Shown here: one piece after another, positions 40,432 to 49,726 of the stretch
Position numbering within the stretch: the stretch's first letter is position 1
Layout of the letters: every line of letters starts with the position of its first letter
Source of the DNA: an uncultured Thermoleophilia bacterium
GTDB lineage: Bacteria > Actinomycetota > Thermoleophilia > UBA2241
Direction of reading: 5' to 3'
Assembly (NCBI GenBank): GCA_963715985.1
Contig: CAVQSP010000015.1
Location: 96,001 to 160,000 of the forward strand
Length of the DNA: 64,000 bases
Made by a program: the position numbers and the translations under genes
The notes under the pieces: model-generated
Told to the model about the DNA's origin: nothing
Seen by the model: only the letters and a program-made list of their open reading frames with translations
The model's database searches: none

Positions 40432-41700
40432 ATGGCGCAGTCACCGCGTGCCGTAGGTCGCCGCCTCGTCGGGCGCATCGGCCGCAGCCGCCTGCTCATC
40501 ATCCTGAGCATGGTGGGACCCGGTCTCATCGCCGCCAACGCCGGCAACGACGCCGGCGGCATCACCACCTGGTCGGTCATCGGCTCCCGGTACGGCTACA
40601 GCATGATCTGGATCCTCGTGCTGATGACGCCCGTGCTCGCGATCGTGCAGGAGATGAACGCCCGCGTCGGCGTGGTGACGGGACGCGGGTTGGCCGGACT
40701 CATCCGCGAGAACTTCAGCCTGAGGCTGACGGCCCTCGCGATCCTCGCCACCGTGATCGCCAACTTCGGCACCACGGTAGCCGAGTTCTCCGGCATCGCC
40801 GCAGGGGCAGGGCTTTTCGGTGTGCCCTCCTACATCGCCGTCCCCGTGACCGCGGTGGCCATCTGGTTCCTGGTCACGCGCGGCTCGTACCGCAAGGTGG
40901 AGCGCGTGCTGCTCGCGCTCGGGTTCGTGCTCGTCACGTACGTGGTGGCCGGCGTCCTCGCTCACCCGGACTGGGTGGCCGCCGCCCGAGGGGCGGCCGT
41001 TCCCCGGGTCCAGATGAACAGCCTCTGGCTCTTCACGGCCGTCGCCGCAGTGGGCACGACGCTCACGCCCTGGGGCCAGTTCTTCATCCAGGCGGCGGTC
41101 GTGGACAAGAAGGTGTCGTGGAAGCAGTACGTGTACACCAAGTACGAGATCTACGTCGGGTCCGTGATGATGACCACCATCGACTTCTTCATCGTCGTGG
41201 CCTGTGCGGCGACGCTCTTCCACGCGAACATCGTCGTGACCTCGGCGCAGCAGGCGGCGATGGCGCTGCAACCGTTCCTCGGAGATGCGGCCCGCTACCT
41301 CTTCGGCCTGGGCCTGCTCAGCGTCTCGATCCTCGCCGCCGGCGTGCTGCCTCTGGCCACCGCCTACGTGGTCTGCGAGGCCTTCGGCTTCGAGAGCGGG
41401 CTCGACAGCTCGTTCCGCGAGGCTCCCGTGTTCAACGGCATCATCACGGTGCTCATGTTCGTGCCGGCGGCAGTAGCGGTCATCCCGGGCCTGCCGCTGG
41501 TGAAGGTCATCCTCGTGGCCCAGTCCCTGAACGGCGTACTGCTGCCCGTGATCCTGATCTTCACGCTCCTTCTCATCAACAAGCCCCGCGTGATGGGCAC
41601 CCACGTCAACGGACGGGTGCGCAACATCATCGCCTGGGGATTCACCGTCGCGCTCATCGCGATGAGCGGCGCCCTCCTCCTCTCGCCCCTCGTCTCCTGA
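40432..41700 (+). CDS. NRAMP-family divalent metal (likely Mg2+) transporter, paralog 1
   Basis: GPGLIAANAGNDAGGITT, QEMNARVGVVTGRGL, GTTLTPWGQFF. Confidence 0.9.
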   Translation: MAQSPRAVGRRLVGRIGRSRLLIILSMVGPGLIAANAGNDAGGITTWSVIGSRYGYSMIWILVLMTPVLAIVQEMNARVGVVTGRGLAGLIRENFSLRLTALAILATVIANFGTTVAEFSGIAAGAGLFGVPSYIAVPVTAVAIWFLVTRGSYRKVERVLLALGFVLVTYVVAGVLAHPDWVAAARGAAVPRVQMNSLWLFTAVAAVGTTLTPWGQFFIQAAVVDKKVSWKQYVYTKYEIYVGSVMMTTIDFFIVVACAATLFHANIVVTSAQQAAMALQPFLGDAARYLFGLGLLSVSILAAGVLPLATAYVVCEAFGFESGLDSSFREAPVFNGIITVLMFVPAAVAVIPGLPLVKVILVAQSLNGVLLPVILIFTLLLINKPRVMGTHVNGRVRNIIAWGFTVALIAMSGALLLSPLVS

Positions 41701-41713
41701 GGGACCGGCGCGC

Positions 41714-42979
41714 GTGACCGGCCGGACGAGCAGCTCCCGCCGCGTCATGCGGCGCATCGGCCGCAGCCGTGTGGCCCTCTTCCTCGCCATCCTGGGACCG
41801 GGGCTCATCGCCGCCGCCTCGGACAACGACGCCGGCGGCATCACCACGTGGTCGGTGATCGGCGCCCGCTACGGCTACAGCATGCTGTGGCTGCTGCTGC
41901 TGATCACGCCCATCCTCGCGGTCACGCAGGAGATGGGCGCCCGCATGGGCGCCGTGACCGGCAAGGGCCTGGCGGCGCTCATCCGCGAGAAGTTCAGCCT
42001 CAGGGTGACGGCCTTCGCCATGCTCGCCCTGCTCGTCGCCAACTTCGGCACCACGGTGGCCGAGTTCTCGGGGGTGGCGGCCGCCTTCGGCCTCGCCGGC
42101 ATCCCGTCGTGGCTGGCGGTGCCGCCGGTGGCCGTGGGTGTGTGGTTCCTCGTGACGCGCGGCAGCTACCGCAAGGTGGAGCGCGTCTTCCTGGCCCTCA
42201 CGGCCGTGTACGTCGCCTACTTCATCGCCGGCTTCCTGGCCCGGCCGGACTGGGGCGCGGCCGTCCGCGGCACGGTCGTTCCGCAGGTCCAGATGAACAG
42301 CCTCTGGATCCTCACCGCCATCGCCGCGATCGGCACGACCATCACGCCGTGGGGCCAGTTCTTCATCCAGGCGTACATCGTCGACAAGCGCATCACGTGG
42401 GCGCGCTACGCGTACACCAGGGTCGAGGTGTACATGGGCGCCGTGTTCACCGACGCCATCGACCTCTTCATCGTGCTCGCCTGCGCGGCCACCCTCTACA
42501 AGACGGGCGTCGTGATCGAGACGGCGGGGGATGCGGCGCGGGCGCTCTCGCCGCTGGCCGGCCGCGCCGCCGAGCTGCTCTTCGGCTTCGGGCTGCTCAA
42601 CGTCTCCATCCTCGGGGCGGCGATCCTGCCGCTGACCACGGCCTACGCCGTCTGCGAGGCCTTCGGGTTCGAGAGCGGGCTGGACAAGAAGCGTGAGGAG
42701 GCGCCGGTGTTCAACGGCCTGCTCACGGGATTCATCCTCGTGCCGGCGCTGGTGGCGGTGATCCCGCACCTGCCGCTCGTGAAGGTGATGCTGCTGAGCC
42801 AGGACGTGAACGGCATCCTGCTGCCCATCATCCTCATCTACGTGCTCAAGATCATCAACGACCCCAGGGTGATGGGCGAGCACGTCAACGGACGCGTCTA
42901 CAACACCATCGCCTGGGCATTCTCGATCGCGCTCATCGGGCTCTCGCTGACGCTGGTCGCGTCGCCGTTCATCTTCTGA
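41714..42979 (+). CDS. NRAMP-family divalent metal (likely Mg2+) transporter, paralog 2
   Basis: GPGLIAAASDNDAGGITT, QEMGARMGAVTGKGL, GTTITPWGQFF. Confidence 0.9.
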   Translation: MTGRTSSSRRVMRRIGRSRVALFLAILGPGLIAAASDNDAGGITTWSVIGARYGYSMLWLLLLITPILAVTQEMGARMGAVTGKGLAALIREKFSLRVTAFAMLALLVANFGTTVAEFSGVAAAFGLAGIPSWLAVPPVAVGVWFLVTRGSYRKVERVFLALTAVYVAYFIAGFLARPDWGAAVRGTVVPQVQMNSLWILTAIAAIGTTITPWGQFFIQAYIVDKRITWARYAYTRVEVYMGAVFTDAIDLFIVLACAATLYKTGVVIETAGDAARALSPLAGRAAELLFGFGLLNVSILGAAILPLTTAYAVCEAFGFESGLDKKREEAPVFNGLLTGFILVPALVAVIPHLPLVKVMLLSQDVNGILLPIILIYVLKIINDPRVMGEHVNGRVYNTIAWAFSIALIGLSLTLVASPFIF

Positions 42980-43033
42980 GTCTCAGGAGCGGGCGCGGGC
43001 GGGTCGCCGGCGGGCGCCCGGGCGCGGCGCGGC

Positions 43034-43969
43034 TCAGGTACCGTCGTCGCGCTCGTGCGAGCGCGGCTCGATATGCACGAGCACGTCGGCGTTGGGGACG
43101 CACTCGCGGATGTCGGCGGCGATATGCTCCGCGGTCTCGTGCGCCTGCGCCACGGTGAGCGTCTCGTCCACGGTGATGTGCAGGTCGATGTGCCTGCGGC
43201 TCCCGGCCTGGCGGGCGCGCAGCTTGTGGTAGCCCCAGATGAGGTCGCCGCGGTGCTCCTGCACGCAGGCACGGATCTGCTCGAGCTCCGCCTCGGGGAT
43301 GGTCTGGTCGAGGAGCACCTTGGTGGACTGGATGACCAGCTGGTAGCCGGTGCGGATGATGAGCACGGCCACGGCGATGGCGGCGATGGGGTCCAGCATC
43401 TCCCAGCCCGTGATCTGGACGAGCAGCAGACCGCCGGCGACGCCGAACGACGTGTAGACGTCGGTGAGCAGGTGGGCGGCGTCGGCCTCGAGGGCGGCCG
43501 ACTGCGTGCGCCGCGCGACCGGGTACAGCACACGGAGCGAGACGAAGAGGTTGACCACCCCCGAGGTGGCCATGACGGCGATACCCAGCCACACGTGGTC
43601 GAGGTGAGGCCCTTCGATGATCTTGCGCACGCCCTCGTAGATGATGACGCCGGCGGCCGCGATGATGAGCAGCGCCTCGATGACGCCGCTCAGGTTCTCC
43701 ACCTTCTCGTGCCCGTAGTGGTGGTGCACATCCGGCGGCTGCGCCGCCTTGCGCACCGAGTAGAACGCGATGAGGGCGGCGACGAGGTCCGACCCCGAGT
43801 GCAGGGCCTCCGAGATGATCGCGATGGACCCCGACAGGATCCCGACCACGAGCTTGAAGGCGATGAGCGCCGAGTTGGAGGCGATGGAGATGGCCGCGGC
43901 ACGCGACTTGAGGCGAGTATTGGTCAGGTCGCCGCCGGCAGCGCCGGTGTCAGCGGTGTGGACCCCCAT
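43034..43969 (-). CDS. Cation diffusion facilitator (FieF-like)
   Basis: SEALHSGSD, HHYGHEKVE, ADAAHLLTD, VLVHIEP. Confidence 0.92.
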   Translation of the reverse strand: MGVHTADTGAAGGDLTNTRLKSRAAAISIASNSALIAFKLVVGILSGSIAIISEALHSGSDLVAALIAFYSVRKAAQPPDVHHHYGHEKVENLSGVIEALLIIAAAGVIIYEGVRKIIEGPHLDHVWLGIAVMATSGVVNLFVSLRVLYPVARRTQSAALEADAAHLLTDVYTSFGVAGGLLLVQITGWEMLDPIAAIAVAVLIIRTGYQLVIQSTKVLLDQTIPEAELEQIRACVQEHRGDLIWGYHKLRARQAGSRRHIDLHITVDETLTVAQAHETAEHIAADIRECVPNADVLVHIEPRSHERDDGT

Positions 43970-44618
43970 CGAGCAGCCCCTCCTGTCGCAGCAGTTCCAG
44001 GAGGGCCGTACCGGCCAGTGCGCGGTGGCTGGCCTGGTCCTTGTCCGCCTGTGGCCACTCGGCCACGGTGAGGTCTGACCCTTCCGGGACGAAGACGGGG
44101 TCGTAACCGAACCCGCCCTCACCGCGCGGCGCCGTGGCGATGGCGCCCCACCAGTATCCCGTTGCCGCATATTCTCTCATGTCGCTCGCGACGGCGACAA
44201 CGGAGCACACGAAGCGGGCGCGGCGGGCGAGCGGACCGGCGAGGCCGGCCATCTCGCGCAGGAGGCGCTCGACGTTGGCGACATCGGCGCCGGGCCCGTC
44301 CACGCCCGCGTAGCGGGCGCTGGTGACGCCCGGCGCCCACCCCAGCGCCTCGACCTCCAGCCCGGAGTCGTCGGCGAGGCAATAGAGGCCGTCGTCGGCG
44401 CCCGCGGCCTCCGCGGCCGCCGGGCCCATGGCGCGCACGGCCTCGGCCAGCCCGAGTGCCTTGCCGCGGGCGTTGGCGGCGAAGGACTCCACGCCTTCCG
44501 GTGGCAGCTCGACGCCCTCGGGCATGAGGAGCACGTCGCAGGGCGCCAGGATCTGCCGGAACTCGCCCAGCTTGTGGCGGTTGCCGGTGGCGAGCATGAA
44601 GCGCACGGCAGGCCTCAC
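43950..44618 (-). CDS. rdgB: Non-canonical purine NTP pyrophosphatase (RdgB/HAM1)
   Basis: ATGNRHKLGE, ADDSGLEV, PGVTSARY, GFGYDPVF, SHR. Confidence 0.93.
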   Translation of the reverse strand: MRPAVRFMLATGNRHKLGEFRQILAPCDVLLMPEGVELPPEGVESFAANARGKALGLAEAVRAMGPAAAEAAGADDGLYCLADDSGLEVEALGWAPGVTSARYAGVDGPGADVANVERLLREMAGLAGPLARRARFVCSVVAVASDMREYAATGYWWGAIATAPRGEGGFGYDPVFVPEGSDLTVAEWPQADKDQASHRALAGTALLELLRQEGLLDGGPHR

Positions 44619-45340
44619 CCCAGGGTCGCCACGGCCGCCGCCTGCGCGGCCGCCAGGTCGGCCGCGCCCCCGGCGGCCAGGTCGAGCATCCGCTCAAGGG
44701 TAGCCCGGGCGTAGGGCTCGCCCTCGGCGGTGGCCTGCACCTCCACCAGGCGGCCGTCGCCGGTGACCACGACGTTCATGTCCACCTCGGCCGCCGAGTC
44801 CTCGGCGTAGTCGAGGTCGAGGAGCAGCTGCCCGTCCACCACGCCCACGGAGACGGCGCACAGCGAGTCGAACAGCGGCACCTCGTTGAGGCCGAGCATG
44901 TCCTTGAGCACGAGCGCCGCCTGGTAGACGGCCACGTAGGCGCCGGTGATGCCGGCCGTGCGCGTGCCGCCGTCGGCCTGCAGCACGTCGCAGTCCACGG
45001 CGATGGTGCGCTCGCCGATGATGCCGAGGTCCATCACGCCGCGCAGGCTGCGTCCGATGAGGCGCTGGATCTCCATGGTGCGCCCCGACTGCTTGCCGCG
45101 CACCGCCTCGCGCGCCGTGCGCGTGGGGGTCGCCCCCGGCAGCATGCTGTACTCGGCCGTGAGCCAGCCGCGCCCCGAGCCGCGCAGCCAGCCCGGCACG
45201 CCCTCACTCAACGAGGCCGTGCACAACACGATGGTGTCGCCGAGGGCGATGCGCGCCGAGCCGGCCGCGAACTTGGCCACGGCCGGCTCGATGCTGAGCG
45301 GTCGCAGCTCGTCTGCCTTGCGTCCAGTCCTCACTGTCAT
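44615..45340 (-). CDS. rph: Ribonuclease PH
   Basis: GWLTAEYSMLP, GRTMEIQRLIGRSLR, DVLQADGGTRTA, DLDYAEDS. Confidence 0.97.
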   Translation of the reverse strand: MTVRTGRKADELRPLSIEPAVAKFAAGSARIALGDTIVLCTASLSEGVPGWLRGSGRGWLTAEYSMLPGATPTRTAREAVRGKQSGRTMEIQRLIGRSLRGVMDLGIIGERTIAVDCDVLQADGGTRTAGITGAYVAVYQAALVLKDMLGLNEVPLFDSLCAVSVGVVDGQLLLDLDYAEDSAAEVDMNVVVTGDGRLVEVQATAEGEPYARATLERMLDLAAGGAADLAAAQAAAVATLG

Positions 45341-45375
45341 CCTCCCGGGCCGCACATGGCGGCCTCAGGCGGCCC

Positions 45376-45858
45376 TCAGGCCGCCGGTCTCGTCGTCCCG
45401 AACAGGTCGCCGCGGCGGCGCACCAGCACGAGCAGCGCCGCCCCGAGTGTGGCCATCACCGCGGCCTCGCCGGCGCTCACCCAGACGGCGCTCGCCCAGA
45501 AGGGCAGGTGGAGCACCACGGCGAGCAGCGCGGCCACGCCGAGCCCGTTGACCACCACGGGCACCGCCAGGGCCACGAACCGCGGACCGATACGATACAT
45601 CAGAGACGCCGCGACCAGCGTCAGCAGCGACCCGAAGACGACGTCGGCGAGGAACATGGGGCTGTCCAGGTTGCCGAGCGCCGTACCGACGGAGAGACCC
45701 ACCACGGCCGCAGGGTCGACGCAGGCGAAGGCGAGCAGCGCCTCCGCCACGCGGAACTGCACGGGGCCGTAGGCGAGGGCGTTGAGCCCCGGCATGAGGG
45801 TGAGCACGGCGTACAGCGCGGCGTAGAGCGCCGCGCGGACGAGCAGGCGCGTGTTCAC
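45376..45858 (-). CDS. queT: QueT-family membrane transporter
   Basis: AALYAVLT...LAYGPVQFRVAEAL...G...GN...DVVFG. Confidence 0.8.
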   Translation of the reverse strand: MNTRLLVRAALYAALYAVLTLMPGLNALAYGPVQFRVAEALLAFACVDPAAVVGLSVGTALGNLDSPMFLADVVFGSLLTLVAASLMYRIGPRFVALAVPVVVNGLGVAALLAVVLHLPFWASAVWVSAGEAAVMATLGAALLVLVRRRGDLFGTTRPAA

Positions 45859-46709
45859 GACGCGACGAGCCGCCCGAGCGTGTCGAGCGGCAACGCGCGC
45901 ACGCGCGTGAGCGGCATCTGCAGAAAGCGCGCGCCCACCGTGCGAAACGCCTCGACGTCGCCGGTGGCGTAGAACCGGTACGAGCCCACACGGTCCTCGG
46001 TGCGCGCGAGACCCTGGCGCTGCAGCGTGTCCTCCACCTCGCGGGCGATCTCGGCGGCCGGATTGACGAGGGTGACGTCGCGGCCGAGAAAGCGCTGCAG
46101 CATCGGCGCCACCAGCGGGTAGTGCGTGCAGCCCATGATGACGACGTCCGGGCGTTGCTCCTTGAGCGGCTCGGTGAACCCGCGCACCGCGTCGGCGAGC
46201 CCCTGGCTGGCCACGTCGCCGGCCTCGATGTACGAGACCAGACCCGGGCAGGCCTGCTGGATGACCTCGGCACCGCCGTCCAGGCTGTGGACGGCGCGCG
46301 GGTAGGCGCCGCTGGCCACGGTGGCCTCGGTGGCCATGACGCCGATGCGGCGGTAGCGGGACGTCTGCACCGCCGCTCGCGCGCCAGGCATGACCACGCC
46401 GATGATCGGCGTGCTGAACTGCTCCTGCAGCAGCGGCAGCGCGGCGGAGGTGGCCGAGTAGCACGCCACCACGATCAGCTTGACCGGCACCGTCTCGAGG
46501 AAGGCGGTGAGCTGGCGGGCGTAGAGCTCCAGCTCGTCCGGGGTCTTCTCACCGTAGGGGAAGCGCGCCGTGTCACCGACGTAGGCGAAGTTCTCGCGGG
46601 GCAGCTGCACCAGACACTCGTGGAGCACGGTGAGACCGCCCATGCCCGAGTCGAACATGCCGATGGGCAGGGCGGCCACGTCGTGGATGTCGGTGGGAGT
46701 GACGGTCAT
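45855..46709 (-). CDS. murI: Glutamate racemase
   Basis: IGMFDSGMGGLTV, DTARFPYG, VVACYSA, MGCTHYP. Confidence 0.95.
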   Translation of the reverse strand: MTVTPTDIHDVAALPIGMFDSGMGGLTVLHECLVQLPRENFAYVGDTARFPYGEKTPDELELYARQLTAFLETVPVKLIVVACYSATSAALPLLQEQFSTPIIGVVMPGARAAVQTSRYRRIGVMATEATVASGAYPRAVHSLDGGAEVIQQACPGLVSYIEAGDVASQGLADAVRGFTEPLKEQRPDVVIMGCTHYPLVAPMLQRFLGRDVTLVNPAAEIAREVEDTLQRQGLARTEDRVGSYRFYATGDVEAFRTVGARFLQMPLTRVRALPLDTLGRLVAS

Positions 46710-46948
46710 GATCGCTCGCCGGGCGGCGCCCCGGTAGTATCCCCCACCGCGCGACGGACTGTCCAGACGGCCGCGCCTCCGCCGCCCTCGCCGGGCGGCC
46801 CGGGCGCGGCCCCAGCGCGGCTCGGGCGCGACCCCACTCCTCCCCGCCGTTGCCAACGCTGACGACACGGACACTCAAACGCGGCGGTACGCGGTCCGAT
46901 AGCTAGAGCGAGAGACCACATGGAAGCGGCGACGAAGGGGGGCAGGCG

Positions 46949-47443
46949 ATGGACGCGAACAGCAGCGACAGGCGGGAGCTCTTCATCTTCCCCGACGGGA
47001 CAGCGGTGGAGATCATCGTGTTCGACCCGGCCCCGAGCACACGGCACGCCGTCCCGCGGCGGCAGCGCAGCGGGCCCGCCGCCGCGCCGCAGAAGCCGGC
47101 CGCCGGTCCCGAGGCGGCGCCCGCTCCCCCGCCGTTCGGCGTCCGCGAGGAGCGCGCACCATGCGACTGCCCGATGTGCGGCAGCGACCTCCTCTATCCG
47201 GTGGACTGGGCACGAAACCGCGAGGGCGACTGGAACATCCGCCTGCGCTGCCCCAACTGCGAGGCTCAGCGCCACATCATCCTGGGGCGGGAAGGCGTCG
47301 AGGCCCTCAACCGCACCCTGTACCGGCGCGCCCAGGCGCTGGCGCGCGAGGCCGACACGCTGAGCCGCAGCAACTTCGAGGAGGAAGCGGAGAAGCTCGT
47401 CGAGGCCCTGTACCGGGACCTCATCCTCCCGATGGACTTCTAG
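46949..47443 (+). CDS. Hypothetical zinc-ribbon protein
   Basis: CPMCGS...LRCPNCE followed by a helical tail ending ILPMDF. Confidence 0.75.
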   Translation: MDANSSDRRELFIFPDGTAVEIIVFDPAPSTRHAVPRRQRSGPAAAPQKPAAGPEAAPAPPPFGVREERAPCDCPMCGSDLLYPVDWARNREGDWNIRLRCPNCEAQRHIILGREGVEALNRTLYRRAQALAREADTLSRSNFEEEAEKLVEALYRDLILPMDF

Positions 47444-48330
47444 ACGGCGCCGCCGGCGCCGCTGTTGGCCAGCCACACGCCGGCCACGACGATCACCGCG
47501 GCCACCGCCTGGCCGGCCGTGAACCTCTCTCCCAGCAGCACGTACGCCGCCGCCACGGCGACGACCGGTGTGAGGTTGATGAACACGCTCACCCGGCCTG
47601 CGGACAGAAAGCGGAACGCGTAGTTCAGCAGCAGATACGCGGTCACCGAACACACCGCCGTGAGATAAAGCACCCCGCCTACGGCCGGCGCCGTGGGCTG
47701 GCGCACGCCCACGACGATGGCCTCGACGAGGGCCAGAGGCGCCATGAACAGCGCCCCGAACAGGTTCTGCCAGGTGGTCACGAACAGCGCCGACCTGTCC
47801 ACGAGGATGCGCCGCGCCAGCAGCCCGTACACGGCGGCGGAGAGCGAAGCGGCCAGCACGAGCAGGTCGCCGCCGAGGCTGCCGCCCGAGGCCGAGCCCG
47901 CCGTCACGACGAGCGCGATGATGCCGGCGAACGACAGGCCGATGCCCAGCCACTGGCGCGCGCCGGTCGCCTCGCGAAGAGTGAAGTGGTTCAGGACGAC
48001 GGTGAACACGGGGATCGCGCCGATGAGGATCGAGGCCGCCGAGGCACTCGTGCGGGCGATGCCGAGGTTCTCGAAGCTGAAGTAGACCGTGAGGGAGACG
48101 AAGCCGAGCAGGGCGAGCCGGCGGAGGTCGGCACGCGTCGCGCGCTCACGCCCCGCACGCAGCCGCCATACGAGCCACAGGGCGGCGCCGGCGAGCGTGA
48201 AACGCAGGAGGGCGACGAGCAGCGGCTCGAACCCGCGCAGCGCGTACTTGGTGGCCACGAACGAAAGACCGAAGGCCACGGTCATGCCGACGGCGGCGGC
48301 GTAGGCGGAGGCGGGCGGGCGCGTCGGCAT
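47440..48330 (-). CDS. DMT/EamA family transporter
   Basis: About ten transmembrane segments in two EamA repeats; INLTPVVAV...LLGE. Confidence 0.9.
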   Translation of the reverse strand: MPTRPPASAYAAAVGMTVAFGLSFVATKYALRGFEPLLVALLRFTLAGAALWLVWRLRAGRERATRADLRRLALLGFVSLTVYFSFENLGIARTSASAASILIGAIPVFTVVLNHFTLREATGARQWLGIGLSFAGIIALVVTAGSASGGSLGGDLLVLAASLSAAVYGLLARRILVDRSALFVTTWQNLFGALFMAPLALVEAIVVGVRQPTAPAVGGVLYLTAVCSVTAYLLLNYAFRFLSAGRVSVFINLTPVVAVAAAYVLLGERFTAGQAVAAVIVVAGVWLANSGAGGAV

Positions 48331-48532
48331 GGGCCAAGACTATCGCAGGCTCGCCGCGGGACGCCGCTCCCACGAAGCAGCTAGAATGTGGCGGCGGGCT
48401 GACACGGGCCCGCTGTGCGTCGAGAGACGGGCTCGCTCACGGCGCACGAGACGCCGGCCGGATGCGGTCCGGGGCTCCACTCCCCGGCGCCCGATATCCG
48501 ACCGCGCGGGAGCGCAGGCAGGTAGCGGCATC

Positions 48533-49645
48533 ATGTGGACCCTTGCCCGAAAGAACCTCCTCAAAGAACACGCCCGACTGGCCATCTCCATCGGCGGGGT
48601 GGCGTTCGCCGTGACCCTCATGATCCTTCTGCGCGGTCTGTATCTCGCTTACGATGAGAAGATCGGCGAGTTCTACAGCGGCATGCGCGTCGACGCCTGG
48701 GTCGTGCAGAGCGGCACCGCGGACAAGCTGACAGACTCGATGCTCCCCGACACGCTCGAGCCGAAGCTGCGCGGCGTCTCCGGCGTGGCCGATGTCATCC
48801 CGTACACGGCGCGGTACATGGGCTTCAAGCTGAAGGGCGACGACGTGGTGCTCTTCGTCGCCGGCTTCGAGCAGGTGCAGCGCGGCCCTCAGACCGGGCC
48901 GCTGAGGATGGAGTCGGGCACAAGGGTGATCAACGACGACCAGATCATCATCGACGAGGTCTTCACCAAGAAGCACGGGCTCAAGATCGGCGACAAGCTG
49001 GACCTCCTCGGTCAGGAGCTTACGCTGGCCGGCATCAGCTCGGGCGGCGATGTCGTGTCGGTCCAGTACGCATTCGTGACGAACACCCGGGCGCGCGAGC
49101 TCGTGAAGAGCGAGGGTCGGGTCAACGCCTTCCTGCTGCGCCTGATGCCGGGCGCCGACCTCGAGAGCGTGACCGCGGACGTCAAGGACGTGGCTCCGCA
49201 CGCGGTGGTCAAGAGCGCCGCCGAGGTCGTCCAGGAGAACGAGCGCCTCGTCAGGGAGGGCTTCCTGCCGGTGCTCGGCGTACTGCTGGTCATCGGCTTC
49301 TGCGTCGGCGTCGCGGTGATCGGGCTGACCATCTACTCGGCGGTGCTCGAGCACCGGCGGGAGTACGGTGTACTCAAGGCGGTGGGGGCTCGGCCGGTGC
49401 AGATGCTCACGGTCGTTGCCGTCCAGGCGCTCGCCGCCGCGGCGGCAGGCTACGTGGCCGGCGTCGCCGTATCGCTCCTCGCGGCCCGCGCCGCCGAGGT
49501 CTGGGTGCCGCAGTTCATCACCCATATTGTGCTCCGCGATGTCCTGCTGGTCGGGGTGGCAGCGCTCCTGATGGGGCTCGTCGCCGCCGTGATCCCCCTC
49601 CGCAGCATCGTGCGCGTCGACGCCGCGGTGGTGTTTCGCTCGTGA
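48533..49645 (+). CDS. FtsX/MacB-like ABC permease, copy 1
   Basis: LARKNLL...IGGVAFAV; YSAVLEHRREYGVLKAVGAR. Confidence 0.9.
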   Translation: MWTLARKNLLKEHARLAISIGGVAFAVTLMILLRGLYLAYDEKIGEFYSGMRVDAWVVQSGTADKLTDSMLPDTLEPKLRGVSGVADVIPYTARYMGFKLKGDDVVLFVAGFEQVQRGPQTGPLRMESGTRVINDDQIIIDEVFTKKHGLKIGDKLDLLGQELTLAGISSGGDVVSVQYAFVTNTRARELVKSEGRVNAFLLRLMPGADLESVTADVKDVAPHAVVKSAAEVVQENERLVREGFLPVLGVLLVIGFCVGVAVIGLTIYSAVLEHRREYGVLKAVGARPVQMLTVVAVQALAAAAAGYVAGVAVSLLAARAAEVWVPQFITHIVLRDVLLVGVAALLMGLVAAVIPLRSIVRVDAAVVFRS

Positions 49646-49726
49646 TGGCCGGCGAGGAGCTCGCTGAGGGGCGTACCTGCGGTGCGCCCCTCGCAGAGCC
49701 AGCTGCGTAGCTCAGTCACCTGCGGC

